Assembly (NCBI GenBank): GCA_963775465.1 | Contig: CAVZIW010000014.1 | Location: 1 to 48,235, forward strand | Direction: 5' to 3' | DNA from: Candidatus Bathyarchaeota archaeon | GTDB lineage: Archaea; Thermoproteota; Bathyarchaeia; Bathyarchaeales; Bathycorpusculaceae | DNA length: 48,235 bases | Shown: positions 37,186 through 46,844 of the stretch, piece by piece | Position numbering within the stretch: the first letter of the stretch is position 1 | How the letters are laid out: each line of letters opens with the position of its first letter | Position numbers and translations under genes: made by a program | The notes under the pieces: model-generated | The model's input: only the letters and a program-made list of their open reading frames with translations | The model's database searches: none | Told to the model about the DNA's origin: nothing

Positions 37186-38052
37186 TTGAGAGCCCAATCT
37201 ACAGGGTATTTAATGTTCAAAGTAAAACTGATGAGTGAACGAGACTATTTTTTTGCAACTAAATTAGCAAATACTATGGACTGGAACATGGCAAAAGCAG
37301 ATTTTAAGTTCATGAAATTTTTAGAACCCAGAGGTTGCTTTGTTCTATATGAGAGTTACAAAAAAATGGGAATTGCCACATGCATTAGCTATGGCGAGTT
37401 AGGATGGTTTGGGAACCTAATTGTTAAAGAAGAATATCGAAATATGGGCGGCGGAAAGGTTCTTGTAAACCATGCAAGGGATTATTTGTGTGCTAAAGGT
37501 GTTAAGACAATCGGGCTTTATGCGTACCCAAACCTTACTAACTTTTACGGTTGTTTGGGATTCGAGTTGGATGAGGATTTCTCTGTTCTCTGCGCGCATT
37601 CTCTTGATTCATTTAAGAGTGAACATCTGCCAACGATTGGAGAGCTGAATATTAAATCAGTAACTAAGATGGATAGAAAATGCTTCGGAGGCGACAGAAA
37701 AAAACTCCTTGAATCCATCATTTTTGGAACAAACAACGTTAACTTTTATTTTTCAGAGGATAACAGAGTTCTGGGATATGTGGCATCAACAGTTAACCAA
37801 TCAATGGTTTGGATTGGACCTTTAATCTGTGATCCGTCACGACCTGATATTGCTATTTTGCTTGTAAAAGCAATCTTGTCAAAACTGCATGGCAAAACAA
37901 TTTACACTGTAGTTCCTAAGAAAAACTCTTTTCTGTATAATTCATTTATTAATCTTGGATTCAGGGAATCGTTTTTTGTTTCAAGAATGTATTTTGGTGA
38001 AAGACCTGCAGGAAATTGTATATACCTGCCAGAATCATTAGAAAGAGGATAA
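37186..38052 (+). CDS. Tandem GNAT acetyltransferase (YitH-like)
   Basis: GWFGNLIV..EYRNMGGG..L, FY..LGF, second domain with FGGDR..LL and IGPLIC. Confidence 0.82.
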   Translation: MRAQSTGYLMFKVKLMSERDYFFATKLANTMDWNMAKADFKFMKFLEPRGCFVLYESYKKMGIATCISYGELGWFGNLIVKEEYRNMGGGKVLVNHARDYLCAKGVKTIGLYAYPNLTNFYGCLGFELDEDFSVLCAHSLDSFKSEHLPTIGELNIKSVTKMDRKCFGGDRKKLLESIIFGTNNVNFYFSEDNRVLGYVASTVNQSMVWIGPLICDPSRPDIAILLVKAILSKLHGKTIYTVVPKKNSFLYNSFINLGFRESFFVSRMYFGERPAGNCIYLPESLERG

Positions 38053-38055
38053 TTT

Positions 38056-39420
38056 ATGGAAGATTACTGTAAGCTGCTTGTCGAGGATTTTTTAAAGAAT
38101 TCTTTTTCAACCGTAAAAGTACTGGTTGAAAATGCCCAAGAAGCCAAGAAGCAAAAGGCTCGCCGCAAAGTCACTCTATTTCGTTGTGTTAATGGTAAAA
38201 AAGTCGCTGTTCCTTTTACGGATGAACATTTCTACTTGAGGGGTTCTGTAGAGTACACTAATCCTCAAGTGACAGTTGAAGAGACTCAAGGGGTTATTGG
38301 AACACGCTTGCTCGAGACTTGTGCAAACTACTATTTTGAACAAGGATTACGTCAACCCAACGAAAGTGATGTTAAAGCGTTGGCTGATCTTCTAAAGGAA
38401 CCTTCGGGAGAAGGCTACATAGTTGCATTTTTATTAAACACTGACGATGTGGAACCAGACCGATATTCGATGAACCCACTCAAGCAATCGCTTGTTGAAA
38501 GTGGGCAAAGTGCTTTTCCTGCTTCTACAGTTAAAACTGACCAACTAAAAGTTGATCAAAAATTTGTTAAGAAGTACAGTGGTTCTTTAATCTCCCAAAA
38601 AGAAGTTGCGCTCATAGAGGAGGGGCTTAACGACTCAAATGGTTCCTACCTTGATTTAGTTGATTTAATCAAAGATATCCAATTCATTGAGCTATCCGAG
38701 TTTTTCGGAATGGATTTGTCATTATATTCTTTGAGGATGCCAATTGCAACATTGAAAACAGAAGGCAAAGAAGGTCTAGTGCATCATATTATCAGTGAAA
38801 GCCACAAAGATTACTCCACAATTGAACAAGCTTACGCTTGTATGGGGCGCAGTATTAAAAAGCGGACAACTCTTTTGACTGTGCCGCATTCCAGAAAAGG
38901 TTTTGGTTCTAAGAGAGCTGCTAGAGGAAAATTGCATTTTGATAACGGGAACTTCTTAGATGCCTCAATTAAATACAAGACAACCGCCTTATACCCGAAT
39001 GGGGCAGACCCCAAAGATATTGCTGTTGCTGTGTGCGACGACAGCTTTACTGTGGACAGGAAAAAACTTGTTGAATACGATTTTAGTGAGACTCCTTCTT
39101 CACCGCAATTTTTTCTCTATTCCTTGGGGTCACCTGAGGATGCAGCAATTTGGCATGGGGTTGGGGCCTTTGGAGCTTCACATCTTCTTCAAAGCTACTC
39201 TTCCGCTCGCAACGAATGTAAGAATGGGAAATTTATAAGAGATTTGATCGCAAAATACAACATCAGGTTGGGTGGTCCCTTGCATTTTAACATGGTGCCA
39301 ACTGGTATGTGGAGGCATCCAGAGTTCAACAACATCGACGCAAGCATAGGCTGTGTGGGCGACCTAGCTGATTTAACAAGTTGGGGAATGAAAATGGAAT
39401 ACCTTTCAGATTTCAAGTAG
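38056..39420 (+). CDS. Hypothetical protein (454 aa)
   Basis: Long clean ORF 3 nt after the GNAT stop; no family recognised. Confidence 0.8.
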   Translation: MEDYCKLLVEDFLKNSFSTVKVLVENAQEAKKQKARRKVTLFRCVNGKKVAVPFTDEHFYLRGSVEYTNPQVTVEETQGVIGTRLLETCANYYFEQGLRQPNESDVKALADLLKEPSGEGYIVAFLLNTDDVEPDRYSMNPLKQSLVESGQSAFPASTVKTDQLKVDQKFVKKYSGSLISQKEVALIEEGLNDSNGSYLDLVDLIKDIQFIELSEFFGMDLSLYSLRMPIATLKTEGKEGLVHHIISESHKDYSTIEQAYACMGRSIKKRTTLLTVPHSRKGFGSKRAARGKLHFDNGNFLDASIKYKTTALYPNGADPKDIAVAVCDDSFTVDRKKLVEYDFSETPSSPQFFLYSLGSPEDAAIWHGVGAFGASHLLQSYSSARNECKNGKFIRDLIAKYNIRLGGPLHFNMVPTGMWRHPEFNNIDASIGCVGDLADLTSWGMKMEYLSDFK

Positions 39421-39436
39421 GGGCAAACTCGGTAAT

Positions 39437-39964
39437 TTGACGGCAATTGAAAACATAATGTTTAGAATACTGCGTTTGTTTAGAAAGCTCCCTTTTAACA
39501 TATTGGGTATTGGTAATAGAAAGGTAATATTTTCAGAGTACTTTAAAGATTTTGAAAAAATAGAAGCAGTAAAGGGAATTTTTGGCGACAAAACCCAAGA
39601 GATACTAAATACCTTAGAGGTTGAATTGAGCTGGGTACTGGGTTATATGTATGTGGATGACTCAGATGGGCACCTTGTCATAAGCAAAGGCTACTTGAGA
39701 AGCGGGGATAAAACGGATATCTACCTGGATTTAATTCATGAGTTATGCCATGTCAAACAATTCATGGATGGAAAAGAACTCTTTGACCCTAAATATGAAT
39801 ACGTTGATCGACCCACCGAAATTGAAGCTTACCGTTACACTGTGCAAGAAGCTAGACGGTTGGGCTTGAGCGATGAAAGAATTTGCCTTTACTTGAGAAC
39901 TGAATGGATGGATGAGCATGATTTTAGACGGTTAGCTAGATATGTTGACGTCTTTGTCCGCTAA
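39437..39964 (+). CDS. Small zincin-like metalloprotease
   Basis: LIHELCHVKQ (HExxH) followed by Y..RPTEIEAY. Confidence 0.75.
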   Translation: MTAIENIMFRILRLFRKLPFNILGIGNRKVIFSEYFKDFEKIEAVKGIFGDKTQEILNTLEVELSWVLGYMYVDDSDGHLVISKGYLRSGDKTDIYLDLIHELCHVKQFMDGKELFDPKYEYVDRPTEIEAYRYTVQEARRLGLSDERICLYLRTEWMDEHDFRRLARYVDVFVR

Positions 39965-41152
39965 CACTTCACGATAAACCGTAAGCATCTTTTGAGCAGA
40001 AATATCCCACGTAAAATTTTCAACAACAAACTTTCGTCCATTGACACCCATTCTTTGGCGCAAATCTCTATCATTTAAGAGTTTTATCAATGAATCTGCC
40101 AATGCATCGCTTTCTACCACATTAACCAGCAAGCCCGTTTCTCCGTTCTGAACAGCTTCTCTTACACCGCCAATATCAAACCCGACAACTGGTTTACCTG
40201 ATGCCTGGGCTTCAAGAAGAACAATTCCTTGTCCTTCTTGAATAGATGGTAAAACAAAAACATCCGAACAATTGTATAGAGTCGGAAGCAATTTCTCGCT
40301 AACTCTCCCCAGAAACATGAAGTTAGTTGTAAGTTTTGCATCTTGGACTGTTTTGATTAGATAGTTTTTGAGTGGTCCTACACCAGCAATTAAGAATTTT
40401 GTTTCGGGTTGTTGTTTGACAATTTTTTTTGCTGCTTCAACCAAAAGAGGGAGTCCTTTTCTTGGAATTAAATTGCCTATAAAGAGTACGCATGGTCCTT
40501 GCCCTAAGCCAAATTGTTTCTTGAGTTCTTTTTGGTTCTCTAAGGGTTTGAAAGCTTCGACATCAACCCCGTTTGGGACAATACAAATTTTTTCTGAGTC
40601 CACATCGTAATAATGCTGGATTTTTTCAACCGAGTATTTGCTTATTGTCACAATAATTGATGCGTTTTTTGCTGTTTCGGCTTCCAATTTTGCAAGGTGA
40701 TTCATGAATAGGTTTGCAATCCTGTCTCTCAGTGTTTGATAACCGTTTCTTTTTGCTTGTTCATATTCGTCAGCTAAAACTCCGTGAATGGTATGAATAA
40801 ACGGCTTTTTGTTGTTGTGTTTCTTTAATGTTTTTGGGATTCCATACCCGCTTACTGCGTGACCTTCGAAAACATCTGCTTCAATGTTTTCCACTCTTTT
40901 GGTTAGATTTCTATTGAATGACCAGTTGTCCAATGGGAACAGTTTGTCGGTTGAATTGATTGGAGTAAAGCTTGCACCGTTGATTACAATTGGTTGCTTA
41001 AAACCCGCTTTTGTGCCACTATAAACGGAAATTTCTGCTTGGGATTGTAGTCGTTTAGTCATTTCCATAATGCGCCTTTCGACTCCTCCTTCGTACAAGT
41101 GAGGTGGCTGAGTGTTAAAGACTGCCAATCGAAACTTTTCCATTAGACGCAC
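39932..41152 (-). CDS. Glycosyltransferase family 4
   Basis: GGVE, HTIHG, VPNGVD, RKG, LPSIQEGQGIVLLEAQASGKPVV. Confidence 0.93.
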   Translation of the reverse strand: MRLMEKFRLAVFNTQPPHLYEGGVERRIMEMTKRLQSQAEISVYSGTKAGFKQPIVINGASFTPINSTDKLFPLDNWSFNRNLTKRVENIEADVFEGHAVSGYGIPKTLKKHNNKKPFIHTIHGVLADEYEQAKRNGYQTLRDRIANLFMNHLAKLEAETAKNASIIVTISKYSVEKIQHYYDVDSEKICIVPNGVDVEAFKPLENQKELKKQFGLGQGPCVLFIGNLIPRKGLPLLVEAAKKIVKQQPETKFLIAGVGPLKNYLIKTVQDAKLTTNFMFLGRVSEKLLPTLYNCSDVFVLPSIQEGQGIVLLEAQASGKPVVGFDIGGVREAVQNGETGLLVNVVESDALADSLIKLLNDRDLRQRMGVNGRKFVVENFTWDISAQKMLTVYREVLADKDVNISS

Positions 41153-41258
41153 TTCTCAAGCTTTAGTCTGCGTTTAAGTTTGCTTTTTTAGATATAAGTT
41201 ATACCTAGTGTTGACATTTTTCTTCTAATGGCATTAGATAGTTTAGCAAATCGTTAAT

Positions 41259-41501
41259 TCACGGGTTTGAGCTTTTTGGTTGTTTTTTAAGTCTACAACT
41301 ATTTTTGTTATCTTTAAATTGAGAATTGATGTTATCTCTTACTCCTTGAAAAAGTTCTATGAAGTTTTCCCTGCAGTTAGCTGAACAAAAAGCAAGGTCT
41401 TTTAGTTTTTCATCAAAAACGTATGTAAGATTACAGTTTTTATTTGTTAATGGTTTTTTGCAATATGTGCATTCTTGATTTTCCATTCTTAACTCCTTCA
41501 A
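41259..41501 (-). CDS. Small TRASH/MYM-like zinc-finger protein
   Basis: CTYCKK...FCSANC..F; GGAG precedes the internal ATG (MENQEC). Confidence 0.65.
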   Translation of the reverse strand: MKELRMENQECTYCKKPLTNKNCNLTYVFDEKLKDLAFCSANCRENFIELFQGVRDNINSQFKDNKNSCRLKKQPKSSNP

Positions 41502-41648
41502 ATAAAGCAGGTTCTTTTCCGGGGGTGTTTATCAAGCGTCCTTTTTGGTCTGCCTTAACACGATAGAGGATTGCGCTGAATTGTTTAATTATTTTATAAA
41601 TTGTTTTAATAGAAAAGCTTTACTTTTAGTTATGTTAAGTTAGAATAG

Positions 41649-41885
41649 GTGCATTGTATGTCTGTTCCTTTCTACATGATGCTTCGAACCAAGATCGGGG
41701 AAAATCGAAATGTTGTTCATGAAGCCCAAAAGATTGAAGGTGTCAAAGTAGCCCATTCAGTTATGGGCAATTACGATGTAATCCTCTACGCCGAGGCAAA
41801 AGATCTTGAAGATATAAGGCGCATCCGCGAGGCTATAAACGACATTAGTGCTGTAACCCAAAGCGAAACGCTTGTCCATGCCTAA
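41649..41885 (+). CDS. Stand-alone Lrp/AsnC ligand-binding (RAM) domain protein
   Basis: KIEGVKVAHSVMGNYDVI...I..I..V..SETLV. Confidence 0.88.
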   Translation: MHCMSVPFYMMLRTKIGENRNVVHEAQKIEGVKVAHSVMGNYDVILYAEAKDLEDIRRIREAINDISAVTQSETLVHA

Positions 41886-41973
41886 TTCAAGGAAAAATTT
41901 TAAAGACGAAATAACTCAATGAAATTAACCATCAAGTATATTGACAATATTTAGGATCCCTGCAGTTAAACAA

Positions 41974-42855
41974 TCAGGTATTTTTTCTTTCTGCTAATTT
42001 CAGCAAATTTCCATTTTTCCAACAATCGTCAAAGTAGTTTTTTGCCAAAGATATTACTGCTGGACTATTCGTCCACAAGCCAGGAGTCTCTGCAAAATTG
42101 CCTTCTTCAAAAACAGCTAAGACAATCTCTCTTGTGTCTTTCATTCCAAATTTTACCGAAACGGAGTTAGAGATACATTTGACACTAATGTGAGGGTTTT
42201 CTGACAAGATTTCACAAATTTTCTCTCTATTCCCTTGATTTGGAATTTGAGTTATCCATCTTACTTCAACGTCTTTGTTTTTTATCGAATAAAGAGAGTC
42301 TGCTAAGATTGTTAGGCATGACAGGAATTCTCTACGAGGAGAAATAGTGTAATAAGTTTGCTGAGTTTTTTCGATTAATTCCTGAATTTTGTGAATTATA
42401 GATTGTTTTTCTGTAATTAGTGTGAACCTATCTTTTTCAATTGATTGAATTGTCTTGGAATAACGTTGATTTGCTTTGCTGACAAATATTTCTGCCTCAT
42501 GATTTAATTCATTGATGTGCCGAATTTTGTTTTCCATTAAAAGAGATACAGCTTTTTTTGGTTCAAGGGCAATGTACCTTATTGGTTTTGTAATTATTTT
42601 CTCAACTAATCCTATCTTCTGCAGTTCAAGTAAAACTCTATAAACATCTTGTCGTGCAACATCTGAGATTTGAAATATTCTAACGGCCTTGGCGGGTGCT
42701 TCTAGCTTGAGAAGCGCCAAATAGATTTTAATTTGATTATTCGTAAGCCCCAAATCTGAGAGAACTTTGATATCTTCACTATCAGGAACTAATTGCATAG
42801 CATCTATATTGGTATAAAATACTTTTAAAGTTAACTTTTGTCGTAAGCTTGACAT
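41974..42855 (-). CDS. TrmB-family transcriptional regulator
   Basis: LSDLGLT..Q.KIYLALL, VARQDVYRVL..L...GLVEK, C-terminal PLD-like effector domain (LWTNSP..YFD..W). True start may be MQLVP. Confidence 0.88.
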   Translation of the reverse strand: MSSLRQKLTLKVFYTNIDAMQLVPDSEDIKVLSDLGLTNNQIKIYLALLKLEAPAKAVRIFQISDVARQDVYRVLLELQKIGLVEKIITKPIRYIALEPKKAVSLLMENKIRHINELNHEAEIFVSKANQRYSKTIQSIEKDRFTLITEKQSIIHKIQELIEKTQQTYYTISPRREFLSCLTILADSLYSIKNKDVEVRWITQIPNQGNREKICEILSENPHISVKCISNSVSVKFGMKDTREIVLAVFEEGNFAETPGLWTNSPAVISLAKNYFDDCWKNGNLLKLAERKNT

Positions 42856-42874
42856 ACGACTTCATTTTATAAGC
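42839..42874. promoter_or_regulatory. Candidate TrmB operator next to a TATA box
   Basis: GTCGTA-N9-TACGAC (42840-42860), overlapping TGTC-N8-GACA, just upstream of TTTTATAA (42865-42872). Confidence 0.5.
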
Positions 42875-42954
42875 ATTTTATTGATAAATGGGTTTTTTGA
42901 ATAAGAGCTTTTCAACATGCCTCTTATTCCATTTGGAATTAAGGAGAACAAAAA

Positions 42955-45468
42955 ATGAAAATATCAAACAAGAAAATGACAACGGCAATTGCATTGTTTC
43001 TGATAGCGCTATTTTTTGCATCAATAATTGCAGTACCTTCATCGAATGGAGCAGTTGAACGTACAAAAAAAACCTATGCAGTTTGCGGTCTCATGCCAAA
43101 TCCAGTTGGTGTCGGCCAAGAAACCTTGGTTTGGCTGGGAATTACCGACTACGTAGAAAATCAATCATGTGGATGGACTGGGCTAACAGTCACGGTTGAA
43201 AGACCAGATGGTGTAACCGAAACTCTTGGGCCCTTCACAACTGACGCAACAGGATCAACAGGTACAACCTATACACCCAGCATGACTGGCAACTTCACTT
43301 TCCAAACACACTTTCCAGCACAATGGTTTAACTGGTCAACCTCACCTATGTTCGACCCAGAAATCTATGGAAACATATACTATCAAGCAAGCGACAGCGA
43401 TAAAATAACACTTCTTGTAACATCTGAACCAGTGAAAGACTACCCTAATACTGCCCTTCCAGAGGAATACTGGACACGCCCAATAAATGCACAGCACTAT
43501 ACATGGAACACGATTTCTTCAAATTGGCTAAGCATCCCAGTCAACAGGAATGCAATTAACAACGACAATGCCCCAACAAGCTCACACATCCTTTGGACAA
43601 AACCGCTCGCCCTTGGCGGTCTCTCAGGGGGATTCCTAGGCGTTCATTCCGCTGAATCCGGAGATGCATACGAAGGAAAATTCGTGAATACAGTAGTTCT
43701 CAATGGCATGCTTTATTACAACAGATATGCCCAGGGCTTTGGCGGTGGCTGGGCTCAACAAGGAATTTCTGCAGTTGACCTAAGAACCGGAGAAGAAATC
43801 TGGTTCAAGAACAATAGTAGACTAGCATTTGGTCAAACACTCTATTGGGACTCATTTAACATGCACGGAGTATTCTCATACATCTACACTACCGTTTCAG
43901 CATTCGACATGACTACATTCACAAGCGTAACAACTTGGAATGCATACGATCCATTGACAGGCGAGTATCAATTTAGCATAAGCAACATACCTTCAGGCGG
44001 AGTACAGTTTGGCCCAAGTTTCACGCAAACTGGAGCCAATGGTGAGTTCATAATCTACAACATCGACCTAGTACACGGCTGGGTAGCAAAATGGAATTCT
44101 ACTACAGCAGTTATTGGCCCTCAATTGCCAGGAGCAATGGCTGCTGGAAGTTGGGGTTCAGCAGCTAACACCCAACGAACCTTCGACGGTAACAGAGGTT
44201 ACGATTGGAATAAAAGCATCGCGGCAGGACCAAACGCGTTTTCTGGAAGCATCAGCGCAGTAACTGCAGACAGAGTAATTGGTTGCTCAGCAGGCGGCTG
44301 GACAGCGATAGGAGACAAACCCGTCGATATTTGGGCATTCAGCTTAGTCTCAGCAGAGAACACTGATCTACCTACACTATACACCACATCATGGACGCCA
44401 CCAACAGGAGACTTAACCGTTAGCTTCGGCGATTCGAGCCCAGACGACAAAGTCTTCACCTTAGAAATAAAAGAAACTAGACAAATCTATGGCTTTAACA
44501 TGGATACTGGACAACTAAAGTGGGGACCAACAGCATCACAGACTGAACTGCAAATATACGGCATGACAGGAGCAGTCTCTGACGGCAGACTATTCTCAAC
44601 TGGCTATGGAGGAATACTCTACTGTTACAACATGACCACTGGAGATCTTCTATGGCAGTATGAAGCTAAGGATGCCTACAACGAAATTCTCTGGAGCAAT
44701 GACTGGCCACTTCAAGTTGCTTTTGTAGCAGGCGGAAGAGTGTACCTATCACACAATGAGCACTCACCCGTTAATCCTCTTCCACGAGGTGCACCGTTCC
44801 TTTGCATTGACGCACAGACTGGAGAAAAAATCTGGGAAATACCCCTCCGATCAACAAATTGGGGTGGCGGACCAGTTATAGGCGATAGCATAATAGCGAT
44901 GTGGAACTCTTACGACGGTCAAATATACAGCTTAGGAAAAGGTGAAAGCGCAACATCCGTAACTGCACCAGACATAGGCGTACCCGCAGGAACATCTGCC
45001 ATCATAAGAGGCACAGTAACCGACCAATCCCCAGGAGCTAAGGGAACACCAGCCATTTCCGACGCATCAATGGATGAATGGATGAACTACATATACATGC
45101 AGTTTGAACGTCCGAAAAATGCCACAGGAGTACCCGTATCAATCGATGCTATTGATCCCAACGGAAACTACATCCACATTGGAGATACGACAAGCGACTC
45201 AAGCGGCACATTCAGTTACAGATGGGTTCCACCAGACATTCCTGGACAATACAAAATTATCGCAACTTTCGCTGGCTCTAACTCATATTGGCCTTCATTC
45301 GCAGAAACAGCAATGTCAGTTGACTCAGCTCTGGCGACACCAGCACCAACAGATACACCACTAACTTCGATGTCTGATACGTACTTTGTTCCCGCAGTTG
45401 CAGGCATAATCGTCACAATAGCCCTAGTCGGCGCAATAATAGTCTTGGTTCTCAGAAAAAGACCATAG
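42955..45468 (+). CDS. Large secreted PQQ-like beta-propeller surface protein with Ig-like ends and a C-terminal TM anchor
   Basis: Signal peptide, PNPVGVGQ, repeated D/N-xx-TG-xx-W blades, Y...ATFAGS.SYW.S, TM helix followed by RKRP. Confidence 0.85.
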   Translation: MKISNKKMTTAIALFLIALFFASIIAVPSSNGAVERTKKTYAVCGLMPNPVGVGQETLVWLGITDYVENQSCGWTGLTVTVERPDGVTETLGPFTTDATGSTGTTYTPSMTGNFTFQTHFPAQWFNWSTSPMFDPEIYGNIYYQASDSDKITLLVTSEPVKDYPNTALPEEYWTRPINAQHYTWNTISSNWLSIPVNRNAINNDNAPTSSHILWTKPLALGGLSGGFLGVHSAESGDAYEGKFVNTVVLNGMLYYNRYAQGFGGGWAQQGISAVDLRTGEEIWFKNNSRLAFGQTLYWDSFNMHGVFSYIYTTVSAFDMTTFTSVTTWNAYDPLTGEYQFSISNIPSGGVQFGPSFTQTGANGEFIIYNIDLVHGWVAKWNSTTAVIGPQLPGAMAAGSWGSAANTQRTFDGNRGYDWNKSIAAGPNAFSGSISAVTADRVIGCSAGGWTAIGDKPVDIWAFSLVSAENTDLPTLYTTSWTPPTGDLTVSFGDSSPDDKVFTLEIKETRQIYGFNMDTGQLKWGPTASQTELQIYGMTGAVSDGRLFSTGYGGILYCYNMTTGDLLWQYEAKDAYNEILWSNDWPLQVAFVAGGRVYLSHNEHSPVNPLPRGAPFLCIDAQTGEKIWEIPLRSTNWGGGPVIGDSIIAMWNSYDGQIYSLGKGESATSVTAPDIGVPAGTSAIIRGTVTDQSPGAKGTPAISDASMDEWMNYIYMQFERPKNATGVPVSIDAIDPNGNYIHIGDTTSDSSGTFSYRWVPPDIPGQYKIIATFAGSNSYWPSFAETAMSVDSALATPAPTDTPLTSMSDTYFVPAVAGIIVTIALVGAIIVLVLRKRP

Positions 45469-45477
45469 ACAAAAAAA

Positions 45478-45497
45478 TTTCCTTTTTCTTTTTTTTT
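45478..45497 (+). terminator. Oligo-T terminator
   Basis: TTTCCTTTTTCTTTTTTTTT starting 10 nt after the stop codon. Confidence 0.65.
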
Positions 45498-45834
45498 AAT
45501 CCATTGGAGTAAATGTGGGCTGAGAAGGCTTTGAGTAGATTTCATGAAATAGCTATTTGCATTTTCTCTTTTCTTCATTTAACTCCAGAACCTTAGCAAA
45601 CCGCTTCCAGAAAATCCAATGTATCACCTTCCAAAATTTTGTTTCTATTTGTTTAGAATCAGCACCAATGCAATAGCAATATTAGCTGCAAACTCAAATA
45701 CGCAGTTTCTAGAAGATGTTATTTCATATTTAAAATTCATTAACAAACAATTTTATTGAACGGTTAAATATTCAAGAGTAAAAGAACACATAAAAATCAG
45801 AAAATCTTTTAGTCTAGAGTTAAGGAGAAAATTC

Positions 45835-46764
45835 TTGTCTGCTTCTGATTTAAAGCAAGGAAGCAAAATTGCGCAAATAGCTTTTGTAGTAATGTTAACG
45901 CTCGGTTTGACTGAGCTCATTGTAGGTTCTCTTGCTAGGACAGTTTCGCTATTAGCTGATGGAATACACTCCATTTCTACTGGAGTAATTTTTTTTATAG
46001 TCTGGATTGGGTTGCGCCTTTCTGGCAGGTCACCTGATGGTACCTTTCATTTCGGTTACTATCGGGTAGAAGCCCTTGGGAGTTTAATTGCGGCCTTTGC
46101 TTTAACCGGGTTTGGAGGGTTTGTTCTATTTGAAGCTTATAACGTTTGGATTGAGGAGAGAGTTATTCTACATCCAGAAATCGCCATAGTAGTTGCTATA
46201 ATTGCAATAGTAATAACCGGTGTTGTTTCTTGGCGGACCGAAAGAGCATCGGAAGAATACGGTTCAACGTCATTAGGTGCAGGAGGATTGACAGGAACTA
46301 TCGATGTTCTTTCCTCTGTGGGCGTGGTAGTGAGCGTTATTTTAAGCAAGTATTTTGGAATTTTTCATGCAGATTCGATAACTGGAATCTTGATTGCGAT
46401 TGCGATCTTTGTGAGTGCTTATTCGATTTTTAAGGAGTCTTCATTGGTTCTCATTGACGCTTGTAAATGCGGTGATGTTGTGAATGCAATTGAAGACATA
46501 GCTAGAAATATCAAGGGAGTAAAAGAAGTACACAGCATCCGCATGAGAAAGCTTGGAAGTCACATGACAGGTGATATGCATATAGTTGTTGAAAATGATA
46601 TGCTTGTAAAAGAGGCTGATGATATCGCCACCAAAGTTGAAGAAAAAATAAAAGAGAAGTTTGAAAGTGTCATAGACATGAAAGTCAGAATAGAATCAAA
46701 CGAAGCGCACGATCGCCATTCAAAGGAATTTGAAATAAAAACAGAAAAATCAGGTGTCGACTAA
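45835..46764 (+). CDS. Cation diffusion facilitator (CDF) transporter
   Basis: LLADGIHS, PDGTFHFGYYRVE, HADS, C-terminal dimerisation domain (VHSIRMRKLG..DMHI). Confidence 0.9.
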   Translation: MSASDLKQGSKIAQIAFVVMLTLGLTELIVGSLARTVSLLADGIHSISTGVIFFIVWIGLRLSGRSPDGTFHFGYYRVEALGSLIAAFALTGFGGFVLFEAYNVWIEERVILHPEIAIVVAIIAIVITGVVSWRTERASEEYGSTSLGAGGLTGTIDVLSSVGVVVSVILSKYFGIFHADSITGILIAIAIFVSAYSIFKESSLVLIDACKCGDVVNAIEDIARNIKGVKEVHSIRMRKLGSHMTGDMHIVVENDMLVKEADDIATKVEEKIKEKFESVIDMKVRIESNEAHDRHSKEFEIKTEKSGVD

Positions 46765-46844
46765 CAAGTTAAGAAATAAATAGTATTTTGTTCTAGAATG
46801 ATTAATTGAGAATACACTTGATAAATGGTTGTTAGATTTTTTTG

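Noticed and set aside
41505-41580. Possible riboswitch upstream of the TRASH-like gene
   Set aside because: Only a weak imperfect stem, with no match to fluoride, Moco or TPP consensus that I can see.
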